A DNA stretch of 64,000 bases from an uncultured Gemmatimonadales bacterium (GTDB lineage Bacteria; Gemmatimonadota; Gemmatimonadetes; Gemmatimonadales; GWC2-71-9): assembly GCA_963711915.1 (NCBI GenBank), contig CAVQGA010000019.1, forward strand, positions 19,186-83,185, given 5' to 3'. Positions 20,875-29,926 of this stretch are shown here, piece by piece. Within the stretch, counting starts at the first letter, position 1, and every line of letters starts with the position of its first letter. Under the pieces are notes generated by a model that was given only the letters and a program-made list of their open reading frames with translations, did not search any database and was not told the DNA's origin. The position numbers were made by a program, and so were the translations under genes.

Positions 20875-20982
20875 CTCGGGGTATCTTCGCCGGGCCCGGT
20901 CGCGATGGCAAGCACCGAGCCGGCCCTTGGTCGGACCTCGAGGAGTGCGATAGACTTCCGCAGTCTCCGACCAGGACCTGCC

Positions 20983-21540
20983 GTGCCCGTCGTTCGACCT
21001 CGCAGCTTCCATCCCTGGCACGACATCCCGACCGGCCCCCGGCCCCCCGAGGAAGTCACCGCCGTCATCGAGATCCCCACCAACGAGCGCAACAAGTACG
21101 AGCTCGACAAGGAGCTCGGCGTCTTCCGCCTCGATCGCGTGCTCTACAGCGCGATGCACTACCCCGGCGACTACGGCTTCCTGCCCCGCACCCTGGGTGA
21201 CGACGGCGATCCGCTCGACGTGCTGGTGCTGATGACTATCCCGGTCTTCACCGGCTGTCTCGTGAACGCGCGGCCGATCGGCCTGTTCCACCTGGTGGAC
21301 CGCGGTGCGGCCGACGAGAAGGTCCTCGCCGTGCCGACCGGCGATCCCTATTCCGACGGTCTCAACGACCTGGGCGACGTCCCGCCGCACTACCTGAAGG
21401 AGATCGAGCACTTCTTCCAGGTGTACAAGGACCTGGAGGGGACGCGGACCGTGACCCGCGGGTTCGAGGGCGCCCCGGCGGCGCGGGCGGCGATCGTGTC
21501 GTCGATGGAGACGTACCTGGAGAAGTTCGGGAAGGACTGA
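20983..21540 (+). CDS. ppa: Inorganic pyrophosphatase (family I)
   Basis: FHPWHDIP...VIEIPTNERNKYELD...YPGDYGFLPRTLGDDGDPLDVLVL...KVLAVP. The track ORF start (20761) overlaps the tRNA. GTG 20983 is preceded by AGGA at 6-nt spacing; ATG 20905 is the alternative. Confidence 0.9.
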   Translation: MPVVRPRSFHPWHDIPTGPRPPEEVTAVIEIPTNERNKYELDKELGVFRLDRVLYSAMHYPGDYGFLPRTLGDDGDPLDVLVLMTIPVFTGCLVNARPIGLFHLVDRGAADEKVLAVPTGDPYSDGLNDLGDVPPHYLKEIEHFFQVYKDLEGTRTVTRGFEGAPAARAAIVSSMETYLEKFGKD

Positions 21541-21582
21541 CCGGCCGGGTGGACTGATCGGCTGGGTGGTCGGATGGTCCGA

Positions 21583-21648
21583 GTCATCCTGAGCGAAGCG
21601 AAGGAGACATGACCTAAGGCATACCTCCTTCGCTTCGCTCAGCGAGAC
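21583..21648. repeat. REP/MITE-like palindromic element, copy 1 (66-bp subfamily)
   Basis: GTCATCCTGAGCGAAGCGAAGGAGACATGACC...CCTCCTTCGCTTCGCTCAGCGAGAC. The arms are inverted repeats. Lies downstream of ppa. Confidence 0.8.
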
Positions 21649-22283
21649 TCGCTACTCCCCCTCCCCCTCCCCCGCAGCGACACCGGCGGCCCCAGAATTT
21701 CCCGCCATACGAATGCCTGCCTCAACTGCCTGAGCGTGAGCGTCCGGGTAGCGATCTTGTCGGCCGGCTCCTGCCTGATCCTGGCGTCGAACGCCCTGTG
21801 GTCCGCCCCGGTCAGCGGCGCGGCGTTCGCCTCGGCGGCGGCGATCCGCTGCGCCACGATCCGCTCGGCCTCGTCGTCCTGATCCACCACGGCACGCTCA
21901 CCGCGCACCGGGCCGGACTCGAGGCTTCGCACGACGGGAGCCACCTCCAGCGACCTGCCCTCCTCCACGTCCTTCGCGGCCGGGAGCTGCCGGTCCGGCC
22001 GCCGGACGGCCGGGCCGGCCGTCTGGTCCAGGGTCCGGCCGAGCTCGCGCAGGAGCTGCTCCAGCCGCATCCCTTCGCGCTGGGTGGCGTCGGCGCCTGC
22101 CACTGGCATCCGGCCACGGGTCTGGACGACTCCGCCGCCGGGGCGTGGCCCCTGCGGAGGCGGCGTCGGCCGGGGCAGCGCGGGGGGCACACGCGGCTTC
22201 TCGGACGAGCCGCGGCCCGCCTTCGCGATGGCGTTCACCACCAGCCATCCGAGTCCGAGAAGCAGCAGTGGACCGAGATCCAC
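21639..22283 (-). CDS. Hypothetical membrane-anchored Pro-rich protein (third gene of the nfeD-floA operon)
   Basis: N-terminal TM MDLGPLLLLGLGWLVVNAIA, a Pro-rich linker, then a helical C-terminus. Its start is 3 nt after the floA stop. Confidence 0.5.
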   Translation of the reverse strand: MDLGPLLLLGLGWLVVNAIAKAGRGSSEKPRVPPALPRPTPPPQGPRPGGGVVQTRGRMPVAGADATQREGMRLEQLLRELGRTLDQTAGPAVRRPDRQLPAAKDVEEGRSLEVAPVVRSLESGPVRGERAVVDQDDEAERIVAQRIAAAEANAAPLTGADHRAFDARIRQEPADKIATRTLTLRQLRQAFVWREILGPPVSLRGRGRGSSESR

Positions 22284-22286
22284 CGC

Positions 22287-23285
22287 TCAGCTCCCGCCGT
22301 TCGGCGCGGCGTCGGCACCGCCCGCGATGGCCGTCCGCATGGTGGTATCGGCCTGCACGTTCCGGTAGCGCTGGTAGTCCATCACGCCGAGGTGCCCGCT
22401 CCGGAACGCCTCCGCGATCGCGAGCGGGATCTGCGCCTCAGCCGCGATGACCTTCGCGCGCTGGTTCTGCGCCTCGGCCTTGAACTCCTGCTCGACCGCC
22501 ACGGCGAGCGCGCGCCGCTCCTCCGCCTTGGCCTGCGCGATCCGCTTGTCCGCCTCGGCCTGGTCGGTCTGCAGCTCGGCCCCGATGTTCTTGCCCACGT
22601 CCACGTCGGCGATGTCGATGGACAGGATCTCGAACGCCGTGCCCGCGTCGAGCCCCTTGGCCAGCACGGTCTTGGAGATCAGGTCGGGATTCTCCAGCAC
22701 CGCCTTGTGCGACACCGCCGAGCCGATCGTGCTCACGATCCCCTCGCCAACGCGGGCGAGAATGGTCTCCTCGCCGGCGCCGCCCACCAGCCGGTTGATG
22801 TTGGCCCGGACGGTGACCCGTGCGAGCGCCAGGAGCTGGATCCCGTCCTTGGCCATCGCCGCCACCTTGGGCGTGGTGATGACCTTCGGATTCACGCTCA
22901 CCTGCACCGCCTCGAACACGTCGCGGCCGGCGAGATCGATCGCCGTCGCCTGCTTGTACGTCAGCGCGATGCCCGCCTTGTCGGCCGAGATCAGCGCGTT
23001 GACGACGCGCTGCACGTTGCCGCCGGCCAGGTAGTGGCCCTCGAGATCGTTGACGCTGAGCGCGATCCCCGCCTTGTGCGCGCTGATGAGGGGGAACACG
23101 ATCGCCTTCGGGTCGACCCGGCGGAACCGCATGCCGAACAGCGTGAAGAACGACACCCGCACGCCCGAGAACAGCGCCGTGAGCCAGAGCCCGAACGGAA
23201 TGAACTGGAAAAAGACGATGAGGATGATGACGGCGATGAACGCCAGCGCCAGCACCACGCCCAGACTGAGCATCGATTGGTCCAC
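22287..23285 (-). CDS. floA: Flotillin-like protein FloA (UPF0365/YqfA, SPFH superfamily)
   Basis: [30 protein letters not shown]...ISAHKAGI...[24 protein letters not shown]...IDLAGRDV matches the B. subtilis YqfA pattern. Confidence 0.9.
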   Translation of the reverse strand: MDQSMLSLGVVLALAFIAVIILIVFFQFIPFGLWLTALFSGVRVSFFTLFGMRFRRVDPKAIVFPLISAHKAGIALSVNDLEGHYLAGGNVQRVVNALISADKAGIALTYKQATAIDLAGRDVFEAVQVSVNPKVITTPKVAAMAKDGIQLLALARVTVRANINRLVGGAGEETILARVGEGIVSTIGSAVSHKAVLENPDLISKTVLAKGLDAGTAFEILSIDIADVDVGKNIGAELQTDQAEADKRIAQAKAEERRALAVAVEQEFKAEAQNQRAKVIAAEAQIPLAIAEAFRSGHLGVMDYQRYRNVQADTTMRTAIAGGADAAPNGGS

Positions 23286-23317
23286 GGGTTGCCCTCGGTC
23301 TGAAGGAAAAGAGTCGG

Positions 23318-24634
23318 CTACTGGAGGCCGCGCACGACGTGGCGGTAGCCCTCGCTGCGCACCACCCGCACCGCCCGGCCCTGCGAGACGTACTCGCCCT
23401 CGGTGACCACGTCGACCCGCTCGTGCCCGATCTGCGCCGTGCCCGCCGGGCGGAGGTCGGTCACCGCCACCCCATCCTGACCGACGAGATCGGACCGCGG
23501 GGTCGCCGCGATGTATCCGTCCGCCTGGTGAGCGCCGCCCCGGAGGAAGAGCCCCGCGAAGCGCCCGCTGTTCGGCAGGTGCCGGAGCCAGGCATAGGCC
23601 ACCGACGCCGTGATGGCGAGACTGGCGCCGAGGACGATCAGCGCCTGCGTGATGTCCGCGACCGAGGGTGAGGTCCCGACCAGCGCGAGCATCACGGCGG
23701 CGGCGAGGGCCATCAGCCCGAGCACGCCGGCCGCCCCGAAGCCCGGCAGCACGAAGACCTCGATCGCCAGTGCCAGGAGCCCCACGCCGAGGAGAATGAC
23801 TTCCTCCCAGCCGGCCAGCCCCACCAGGAAGCTCGAGCCGAAGAAGAGCCCGAGCGACGCCAGACTGATCAGGCCGCCGAGGCCGAACGCCCCGGTCTTG
23901 ATCTCGAACACGAGGCCGAGCAGGCCGAGCGAGAGGAGCAGCGGCGAGACCAGGGGGTTCGTGAGGAACCGGACGACGAGCTCCGCCCAGTTGGGAGCGA
24001 GCGACACCACGCGCGCGCCCGGGAGCCCGATCGCCGCGAGCAGCCCGGGCTCGTCGGCCGGCGCCCCCCTGGCGTAGCCCACCCGCAGAGCCTCGTTGGT
24101 GCTCAGCGTGAGCAGCTCGTCGGCCCGGTCCAGCCCGGGAATCTCGACCCGCTCGTCCACCATCGCCTCGGCGACGCGCGGGTCGAGCCCGCGCGCTTCG
24201 GCGAGGGCGCGGAACTCGCCCCGCAGCGCGGACACGATCTTCTCCGAGGCGCGCGTGCCGTTGCCGTCAACCGGCGTGGCGGCGCCGAGCACGGCGCCGG
24301 GCCGCATGTAGACCGCCCGGGCGGAGAGCGCGATCAGCGCGCCGGCGCTGTAGGCCCGTGGGTTCACGTAGGCGTAGACCGGGAGGCTCGCCCGGCCGAC
24401 CGCGTCGGCGATCCGCTCGGCGGCGTCGATCCGGCCGCCGGGAGTATCGATGTCGAGATAGACGGCGTCGGCGTGGGCGGCGGCGGCCTCGCTGAGGCCG
24501 CGGGCGATGAAGGGGGCCAGGCCGTTTTCCACGACGCCCGAGACGGGCAGCCGGTAGACCAGCGGCGTCTGGGCCGCCGCGGGCAGGGCACCTGGGACCA
24601 GCACGGCGAGCGTCAGCAGCATACGGCGCCGCAT
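23318..24634 (-). CDS. NfeD-family membrane protein with ClpP-class serine protease domain
   Basis: From [22 protein letters not shown]: ...[33 protein letters not shown], then multiple TM segments and a C-terminal OB-like domain. ATG 24634 is preceded by GAAGGA. Confidence 0.85.
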   Translation of the reverse strand: MRRRMLLTLAVLVPGALPAAAQTPLVYRLPVSGVVENGLAPFIARGLSEAAAAHADAVYLDIDTPGGRIDAAERIADAVGRASLPVYAYVNPRAYSAGALIALSARAVYMRPGAVLGAATPVDGNGTRASEKIVSALRGEFRALAEARGLDPRVAEAMVDERVEIPGLDRADELLTLSTNEALRVGYARGAPADEPGLLAAIGLPGARVVSLAPNWAELVVRFLTNPLVSPLLLSLGLLGLVFEIKTGAFGLGGLISLASLGLFFGSSFLVGLAGWEEVILLGVGLLALAIEVFVLPGFGAAGVLGLMALAAAVMLALVGTSPSVADITQALIVLGASLAITASVAYAWLRHLPNSGRFAGLFLRGGAHQADGYIAATPRSDLVGQDGVAVTDLRPAGTAQIGHERVDVVTEGEYVSQGRAVRVVRSEGYRHVVRGLQ

Positions 24635-24665
24635 GGACCAATCCTTCGAGGGGGGACGCCGGAAT

Positions 24666-25169
24666 CTACTCCGGTCGGGCCCTCCGTTCCATGAACGGCC
24701 GGCGGCGCCCCAGCTCCTGCGCCCGATTGAGGAGCCGCTCCCGGAGCACCGTGATCTTGGCTCGCTGCACCGGATCGAGATACTTGGACATCTCCGCCTG
24801 CTCGCCGCGGAAGCTCTCCGCATAGCGCACACGCAGCGCCATGAGCTCGTCCGTCAGATGGGCCACGCTGTCGGGTGAGGCGGCGATGCCGGGCCTGAGC
24901 TGCTGCACCAGGGCCGATCGGAGGTCGCGCTGCCGGGCTTGCATGTCGCGTCGCGAGGCGCCGTAGCTGCCGACGGTGGTCCGGAGCCGGCGCATCTGGT
25001 CGTCCGTCAGGTCGAGCTCCTGCCGCACCCGCTGGGCATAGCGCTCGCGGACCCGGCGGCGAACCTCCTCCAGCCGGCGATGGGTGGGCTCGGGCTCCTG
25101 GGCCCGGAGCGGCACGGCTCCCGCGAGCACCAGCACCGCGAACGGCCACCAGGTCGTGAGTCGCATCAT
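24666..25169 (-). CDS. Periplasmic Spy/CpxP-family (LTXXQ motif) protein
   Basis: Signal peptide MMRLTTWWPFAVLVLAGAVPLRAQ, LTDDQMRRL motif, helical and Arg-rich. ATGA overlap with the anti-sigma gene. Confidence 0.6.
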   Translation of the reverse strand: MMRLTTWWPFAVLVLAGAVPLRAQEPEPTHRRLEEVRRRVRERYAQRVRQELDLTDDQMRRLRTTVGSYGASRRDMQARQRDLRSALVQQLRPGIAASPDSVAHLTDELMALRVRYAESFRGEQAEMSKYLDPVQRAKITVLRERLLNRAQELGRRRPFMERRARPE

Positions 25170-25756
25170 CCCTCCAATCCCGAGAGGGCGCGCGCGAGCG
25201 CGCCGTCGCCGCCGTCGTCGAGCGGGGCGTCGTCGCCGCCGGCGCTGGCGAACGGCTCGTCCAGCACGTGAAGGATCGAGTCGAGCGCCTCGACCGGCAG
25301 GCTATCGAGCTCCGGGATGGGTAGCTCGCCGGCCGCGCTCGCGGACTGCGCCGTCGCGACCACGGCCGTGTCCCCGCTCGGGTGCCCGGGCGACGGCGCG
25401 GACGCGACCGGGACCGGCGTGGGCGCGGGCTCCGGCTCCGAGCGCCAGGGCCGGACGACCAGCGCGAGCGCCGCCGCGGCGGCGAGTCCCGTCCCGAGGA
25501 ACATCCGGGCCCTGATCCGCTTCCTCGCGTGCTCCGCGGCGAGCCGCTCGCGCACGCGCGCGACGACGACCGTGGGAGCCGCCGGGCCGGGCAACGATGT
25601 CCCGAGGTTCTGGACGGCACGGACGACCGCCCATTCGGCCCGGCACTCGGCGCAGCTCGCCAGATGCCGCTCCTCCTCTTCGGTCCAGTGCGACCGGCCC
25701 GACGCGATCTCGGGCATCCGGTCGGACAAGGCGGTGCATGGCGTCGATGGCGTCAT
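25166..25756 (-). CDS. Anti-sigma factor (zf-HC2 type, single TM)
   Basis: HLASCAECRAEW (zf-HC2 pattern), central TM FLGTGLAAAAALALVV. Translationally coupled to the ECF sigma gene. Confidence 0.65.
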   Translation of the reverse strand: MTPSTPCTALSDRMPEIASGRSHWTEEEERHLASCAECRAEWAVVRAVQNLGTSLPGPAAPTVVVARVRERLAAEHARKRIRARMFLGTGLAAAAALALVVRPWRSEPEPAPTPVPVASAPSPGHPSGDTAVVATAQSASAAGELPIPELDSLPVEALDSILHVLDEPFASAGGDDAPLDDGGDGALARALSGLEG

Positions 25757-26301
25757 CGGATCAGCTCCTTCAACCGCTTCACCGCGTGGTGGTAGTGCAC
25801 CCGGGCGGCCCCAGGCGTGGTGCCGAGCGCCGCGGCGATCTCCTCGTAGCCGCTGCCCTCCTGGACCCGGAGCAGGAACACTTCCCGCTGCAGCCGTGAC
25901 AGGCCGGCGAGCCCGTCCAGCACGCGCTGCTCGGCTTCGGCCGCGGCCAGATCGGCATGGGGGTCGGCGTGGTCCGGCAGGTCCCGGTCCTCGAGCGAGA
26001 GCATCTGGCGACCCTTCCGGCGGCGGAACTCGTCCTTGAGCAGGTTGCCGCCGATGGTGAACAGCCAGCTTCGGAAGGAGGCCTCGCCCCGCCAGCGGTC
26101 GAGCGCCCGGAACGCCCGGAAGAAGGTCTCCTGCACCAGGTCGTCCACATCGCTCACGCCGGCGCCGGAGCTGTACAGGTAGCGCCCCACCGCCGCCGCA
26201 TGGCGCCGCACGAGCTCGGTGGCCGCTCGCTCGTCACCGCGACGATAGGCGTCCGCCAGGCTCGCATCTGTCGCGGGGTCGGGGGTGGCGCGCGCGCTCA
26301 T
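25753..26301 (-). CDS. ECF (group 4) RNA polymerase sigma-70 factor
   Basis: DDLVQETFFRAFRALDRWRGEASFRSWLFTIGGNLLKDEFRR (region 2); LSRLQREVFLLRVQEGSGYEEIAAALGTTPGAARVHYHHAVKRLKE (region 4). Confidence 0.9.
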   Translation of the reverse strand: MSARATPDPATDASLADAYRRGDERAATELVRRHAAAVGRYLYSSGAGVSDVDDLVQETFFRAFRALDRWRGEASFRSWLFTIGGNLLKDEFRRRKGRQMLSLEDRDLPDHADPHADLAAAEAEQRVLDGLAGLSRLQREVFLLRVQEGSGYEEIAAALGTTPGAARVHYHHAVKRLKELIR

Positions 26302-26358
26302 CCGATCCCGGGGGACGGCGGTTGGACGGTTCTGTTAAGGGGGACTACCTTAGGGACC

Positions 26359-27063
26359 ATGCGACGACCGAGCGTGATCGCCCATCGCGGCGCCTCAGGA
26401 TACGAATACGAGAATTCGAGAGCCGCGTTCCGGCGCGCCCTCATGCTGGACGCCAACGGCGTCGAGCTCGACGTGCATACCACGCGGGACGGGGCATTCG
26501 TCGTCCACCACGATCCCGACCTTCCGGGCGTCGGGCCGATCGCCGACCTCACGGAGGCGGAGGCCCGGCAGGTCCGGATCCGGAACGGCGAGACGCTGCC
26601 GCTCCTGCGCGAGGTCCTGGAGCTGGTCGGTGAGCACGAGGTCTGGGTGGAGGTGAAGACGCTGCCTGCGGCCCACGACCGGGCCCTGCTCGAGGTGCTC
26701 GACGCCGGACCCGCCCCCGGGCGCTATGCCGTCCACGGCTTCGACCACCGCGTCATCCGCCGCCTGGGCGAGCTCCGGCCGTCGCTCCGCCGGGGGATCC
26801 TGCTCTCCGCCTACCTCGACGACCCGGTCGGGGCACTGCAGGCCGTCGGCGCCACGACGCTCTGGCAGGAGTGGCAGCAGGTGGATGCCGAGCTGGTCCG
26901 GCAGGTCCACGCGGCCGGGGCCCAGATCATCGCGTGGACCGTGAACGAGGTCGGCGACATCGAGCGCCTGGGCCGCATGGGCGTGGACGGGCTGTGCGGC
27001 AACTATCCGGACCGCATCCGCGTGGCGCTCGCCGCGCGGGACGAGTCGCCCGCGCGCGCCTGA
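26359..27063 (+). CDS. Glycerophosphodiester phosphodiesterase (GDPD/UgpQ-like)
   Basis: MRRPSVIAHRGASGYEYENSRAAFRRALMLDANGVELDVHTTRDGAFVVHHDP. Start at ATG 26359; the upstream part of the track ORF is antisense to the sigma gene. Confidence 0.88.
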   Translation: MRRPSVIAHRGASGYEYENSRAAFRRALMLDANGVELDVHTTRDGAFVVHHDPDLPGVGPIADLTEAEARQVRIRNGETLPLLREVLELVGEHEVWVEVKTLPAAHDRALLEVLDAGPAPGRYAVHGFDHRVIRRLGELRPSLRRGILLSAYLDDPVGALQAVGATTLWQEWQQVDAELVRQVHAAGAQIIAWTVNEVGDIERLGRMGVDGLCGNYPDRIRVALAARDESPARA

Positions 27064-27066
27064 GCC

Positions 27067-27375
27067 TCAGACCGCCGCGGCGCCCGCGGTGGGCCGCTGC
27101 CGGCGGGCCTCGGCGATCTGGCCTTCGCGCCGCGCGATGTCGGCCTCGTGGTCGTCGAGCCGGAGCAGCAGCGCCTCCACCCGGGCCGGCTCCACCTCCC
27201 CGCCCCGCTCCCGGCGATGCACCAGCAGGCCGAGCTCCCGCGCACAGTTGTCCCGCCGCCGCCGCGCCCGCAGCAGCTCGATCTGCAGCTTGCCCTCGTC
27301 GAGTGCGGCCTGAGCCTTCTTGCTGAACGCCTCGAGCTCGTGGTTCAGGCGATCGAAGAGCGTGGACCTGGTCAT
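27067..27375 (-). CDS. Hypothetical coiled-coil protein (102 aa)
   Basis: MTRSTLFDRLNHELEAFSKKAQAALDEGKLQIELL...; ATG 27375 is preceded by GGAGGA. Confidence 0.5.
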   Translation of the reverse strand: MTRSTLFDRLNHELEAFSKKAQAALDEGKLQIELLRARRRRDNCARELGLLVHRRERGGEVEPARVEALLLRLDDHEADIARREGQIAEARRQRPTAGAAAV

Positions 27376-27473
27376 GACGTCCTCCCCGGGACATGCGCCC
27401 GCACGGCGACGAGCGGAATCGGGATGTGTCGGACCGCGCCGACCCGTACGCAACTGCCTGAATCATAAGCACG

Positions 27474-27503
27474 AAAAAGGGGGGCGCGGAGACCGCGCCC
27501 CCC
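27474..27503 (-). terminator. Intrinsic terminator of rplU-rpmA
   Basis: Minus strand GGGGGGCGCGG-UCU-CCGCGCCCCCC followed by UUUUU; an 11-bp GC stem, 24 nt after the rpmA stop. Confidence 0.8.
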
Positions 27504-27526
27504 TATGACCGTCGCGTGCGCTCCGG

Positions 27527-27799
27527 CTAGGAGGCCGCGCCCGCCGCCGCCGGATAGACCGACACCTTCTGCCGGTCCTTGTCCTTGAACTCGAACTTGA
27601 CCACGCCGTCCACCAGGGCGAACAGGGTGTCGTCGTTGGCGCGGCGGACGTTCTTGCCCGCATGGAATCGGGTGCCGCGCTGGCGGACCAGGATGTTGCC
27701 CGCGAGGACCTGCTCGCCCCCGTAGCGCTTCACGCCCAGGTACTGCGGGTTGCTGGTCCGGCCATTCCGGCTGGAGCCTACGCCCTTCTTGTGTGCCAT
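27527..27799 (-). CDS. rpmA: 50S ribosomal protein L27
   Basis: [51 protein letters not shown]. Confidence 0.97.
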   Translation of the reverse strand: MAHKKGVGSSRNGRTSNPQYLGVKRYGGEQVLAGNILVRQRGTRFHAGKNVRRANDDTLFALVDGVVKFEFKDKDRQKVSVYPAAAGAAS

Positions 27800-27806
27800 G
27801 TCTGCC

Positions 27807-28121
27807 TCAGCCGAGCGTGACGTCGGTGATGCGGACCTCGGTGTACTTCTGCCGATGTCCGGTCTTGCGGCGGTAATTCTTCCGCCGCTTGAACTTGAAC
27901 ACGTAGATCTTGGGCTCCTTGCCCTGGCCCACCACCTCGGCGACGACCTTGGCGCCCGACACCAGCGGGGCGCCGGCACGGATGGTCTCCCCGTCGGAGC
28001 TGAGGAGGACTTCGTCGAAGGTGACCTTGGACCCCGCCTCGGCATCCATGAGCGGGAGACGGATGGTCTGGCCCTTCTCGGCCCGGAACTGCTTGCCCAA
28101 GGCCCGGAAAATCGCGTACAT
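27807..28121 (-). CDS. rplU: 50S ribosomal protein L21
   Basis: [23 protein letters not shown]...[25 protein letters not shown]. Confidence 0.97.
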   Translation of the reverse strand: MYAIFRALGKQFRAEKGQTIRLPLMDAEAGSKVTFDEVLLSSDGETIRAGAPLVSGAKVVAEVVGQGKEPKIYVFKFKRRKNYRRKTGHRQKYTEVRITDVTLG

Positions 28122-28162
28122 AGGATACCCGCTTGCTGGGTGAGCTGCGACGTTAGCCGCTA

Positions 28163-28191
28163 AACTTAGATGGGGGTGTGGGTTGGGGCAA
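28163..28191 (-). promoter_or_regulatory. Candidate sigma-70 promoter for rplU-rpmA in the 88 bp left between rplU and the transposon end
   Basis: Minus strand TTGCCC-17 nt-TAAGTT. Pattern match only. Confidence 0.25.
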
Positions 28192-28220
28192 GGGGCGGAG
28201 AGGACGGAGGTGGTGTCCGG

Positions 28221-29084
28221 TTATGACCGTAACAGAGTCGCCGGGTCCATCAGGGCAACGATGTCCTTGACTGTCCAGACCTTGTCCGCCAGCCCCGATG
28301 CCATTGCCGGGGTTGTCTTAGTGCCGCCGGCGGCCTTGGTGAGCGTCTGGTGGGGCCGGCAATAGTTGTAATACAGGAAAAATAGGCTCACCGCGTGCGC
28401 GTGATTTTCGGCCTTCTTTGAGAAGCCGTTGGTCAACCTCGTGAAGCGGCGGCTTTGCATCCTGAGCGTCAGGTTGCTGCGCTCAACGTAGGAGGTGGAC
28501 ACAAGCTCCATGTCGGGGCGACCAATTAGGCGGACCTTTTCCGCGCCGATGCAAACCGGGGGCGAGTACCGGCGCGAGGCGTCGGCCGGATTATCCGTCT
28601 GCCCGTACTCCTTCACGAGCATGGCGTAGTCCACCTCGCCAACCTGGAAAGCACTCCGCACGGCGGTCAGATACATGCCGTGCCCGTCGGTCGTGAGCTG
28701 AATGCGCCGAGCCAGCCGCGAACGGAGGTCGCGCATGAACGTGATCGCGTTCTCCTGGCTCCGAGCCCCAACCAGCCACGTGAGCATCAGCTTTGAATCG
28801 CTGTCTACCGCCGTGAACGTCCAAATATCGCCGTCGCCCGGGCGGATTGCCCGGCGCTGCTTCGCGCCACAAAACGCCCAGATTTCATCCGCTTCTGCAC
28901 GGACTGTTTTCAGGTTGCGATGGGCGAGGTCCTGGTAGGTCGAAGCAAACTCCCCCGCTTCGACCAAGAGCTTCATTACCGTTTCTTTGTTGGCCCCGGT
29001 GAGCCGAGCGGTTGCCCGAATGCCGTTGCCCTCACATAGGGCGGCAATAATCGCGGCACGGCGGTCGGCGGAGAGCCTGTTCAT
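28221..29084 (-). CDS. IS1-family transposase (single ORF, ISMhu11-like organisation)
   Basis: N-terminal HTH MNRLSADRRAAIIAALCEGNGIRATARLTGANKETV. DDE core ADEIWAFCGAKQRR..WTFTAVDSDSKL..LTTDGHGMY..YVERSNLTLRMQSRRFTRLTNGFSKKAENHAHAVSLFFLYYNYCRPH matches the IS1 InsB pattern. The stop codon lies inside the left IR. Confidence 0.85.
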   Translation of the reverse strand: MNRLSADRRAAIIAALCEGNGIRATARLTGANKETVMKLLVEAGEFASTYQDLAHRNLKTVRAEADEIWAFCGAKQRRAIRPGDGDIWTFTAVDSDSKLMLTWLVGARSQENAITFMRDLRSRLARRIQLTTDGHGMYLTAVRSAFQVGEVDYAMLVKEYGQTDNPADASRRYSPPVCIGAEKVRLIGRPDMELVSTSYVERSNLTLRMQSRRFTRLTNGFSKKAENHAHAVSLFFLYYNYCRPHQTLTKAAGGTKTTPAMASGLADKVWTVKDIVALMDPATLLRS

Positions 29085-29183
29085 TGTAACGCTCAATATA
29101 GCCAAATGCTGACGCATAGTCAAGCACAATGTGTGTGCGTGGCTAGCGTGTGCGCGGTTGCACAGGATGCTACAGCACTTGAC

Positions 29184-29223
29184 CTATTAGAGCATTAGCG
29201 GTACATTACTAATGCTCTAATAG
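29184..29223. repeat. Perfect AT-rich palindrome (15-bp arms, 10-nt spacer) upstream of the transposase
   Basis: CTATTAGAGCATTAG-cggtacatta-CTAATGCTCTAATAG. Confidence 0.9.
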
Positions 29224-29302
29224 CTCAAGCCTCGACAGCACAGAGAGTTAGGGCACTAAGGCGGCGGCATCTTGGCCTCCTTGGTCGAAAGTGAAAAGAG
29301 GG

Positions 29303-29403
29303 CGGGACGTGTGGGATTCGAACCCACGGGGGCTACCGGCCTAGACAGCTTTCACCCCGTCGGATTTTGAGTCCGCTGCAATCGGCCACTCTGCCAACGT
29401 CCC
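29303..29403 (-). tRNA. Atypical tRNA gene: anticodon CAA, G73 discriminator, about 32-nt variable region (101 nt without CCA)
   Basis: Hand-folded: GGGACGU-UG-GCAG-AGUGGCCGA-UUGC-A-GCGGA-CUCAAAA-UCCGA-[CGGGGUGAAAGCUGUCUAGGCCGGUAGCCCCC]-GUGGG-UUCGAAU-CCCAC-ACGUCCC-G. U8, G18G19, U33, A37 and the T-loop UUCGAAU are all canonical. Confidence 0.7.
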
Positions 29404-29476
29404 CGAAGTTGTCTCTGCGAAGCCGCCCGGTCCCCCCAAAGGTCAGGCGGCTTTCGCATATCCTGCTGCTTCTCTC

Positions 29477-29926
29477 CTAGAGCGCGTAGATCAGACCCTG
29501 CTCATCCCGCAGAAGCCGTTTCCGGTGAACCAGGTTACTGACGGTGTTCACCACGATCCGGCGCGGGTTGTCGGAGCTGGTGTGGATGCGGCTCTCCAGG
29601 GCGTCGGCAATGTCCTCGATTCGGACACCGTGCCCGCGCTTTCCGTTCACGTAATCCAGCACCGCCTCCACCGCGCCGGGACGATCCCCGTTTTCAGCGT
29701 GCGCGACCGACGGCGGAAAGAGCTGGCTCTGCGCGATCCCGTTCACGCTCGGCGGCCCGACCGCAATCGTCGCCGCCCCCGGTACTGACACCGCCATCCT
29801 CTTGAGCGACAGCAACCATTTGCGCTCCGCCTCGATCATCTGCGCTTGCCGCTCCAGCTCGGCCAGCTTCTGGTCGATCACGGCGATGGGGATAACCTGC
29901 TCCACCTCGGCCACGGCAACCTCCAT
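29477..29926 (-). CDS. Hypothetical protein (passenger ORF; N-terminal coiled coil, possible C-terminal winged-helix)
   Basis: 149 aa. QKLAELERQAQMIEAERKWLLSLK, then AVLDYVNGKRGHGVRIEDIADALESRIHTSSDNPRRIVVNTVSNLVHRKRLL, which is reminiscent of Mrr_N/HARE-type wHTH. Resemblance only. Confidence 0.5.
   Translation of the reverse strand: MEVAVAEVEQVIPIAVIDQKLAELERQAQMIEAERKWLLSLKRMAVSVPGAATIAVGPPSVNGIAQSQLFPPSVAHAENGDRPGAVEAVLDYVNGKRGHGVRIEDIADALESRIHTSSDNPRRIVVNTVSNLVHRKRLLRDEQGLIYAL

Noticed and set aside
20307-21110. 267-aa minus-strand ORF spanning the tRNA-Leu gene and the ppa start.
   Set aside because: It overlaps a bona fide tRNA and is antisense to ppa, and its composition is not protein-like.
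26302-26358. ECF-type autoregulated promoter upstream of the sigma factor gene.
   Set aside because: There are only 57 bp of intergenic space, and the GAAC-like match would lie too close to the start codon. No defensible -35/-10 pair was found.
29303-29403. Reading the atypical tRNA as tRNA-Sec, or as an 8/4 or 9/3 allo-tRNA fold.
   Set aside because: The anticodon loop is CUCAAAA (CAA, not UCA). The acceptor and T stems only pair as 7/5, because extending the acceptor to 8 or 9 bp gives U-C and G-A mismatches.
29420-29454. Hairpin AAGCCGCC-N19-GGCGGCTT after the 149-aa ORF, considered as an intrinsic terminator.
   Set aside because: It has a large 19-nt loop and no U-tract on the transcribed strand, so it does not meet terminator criteria.
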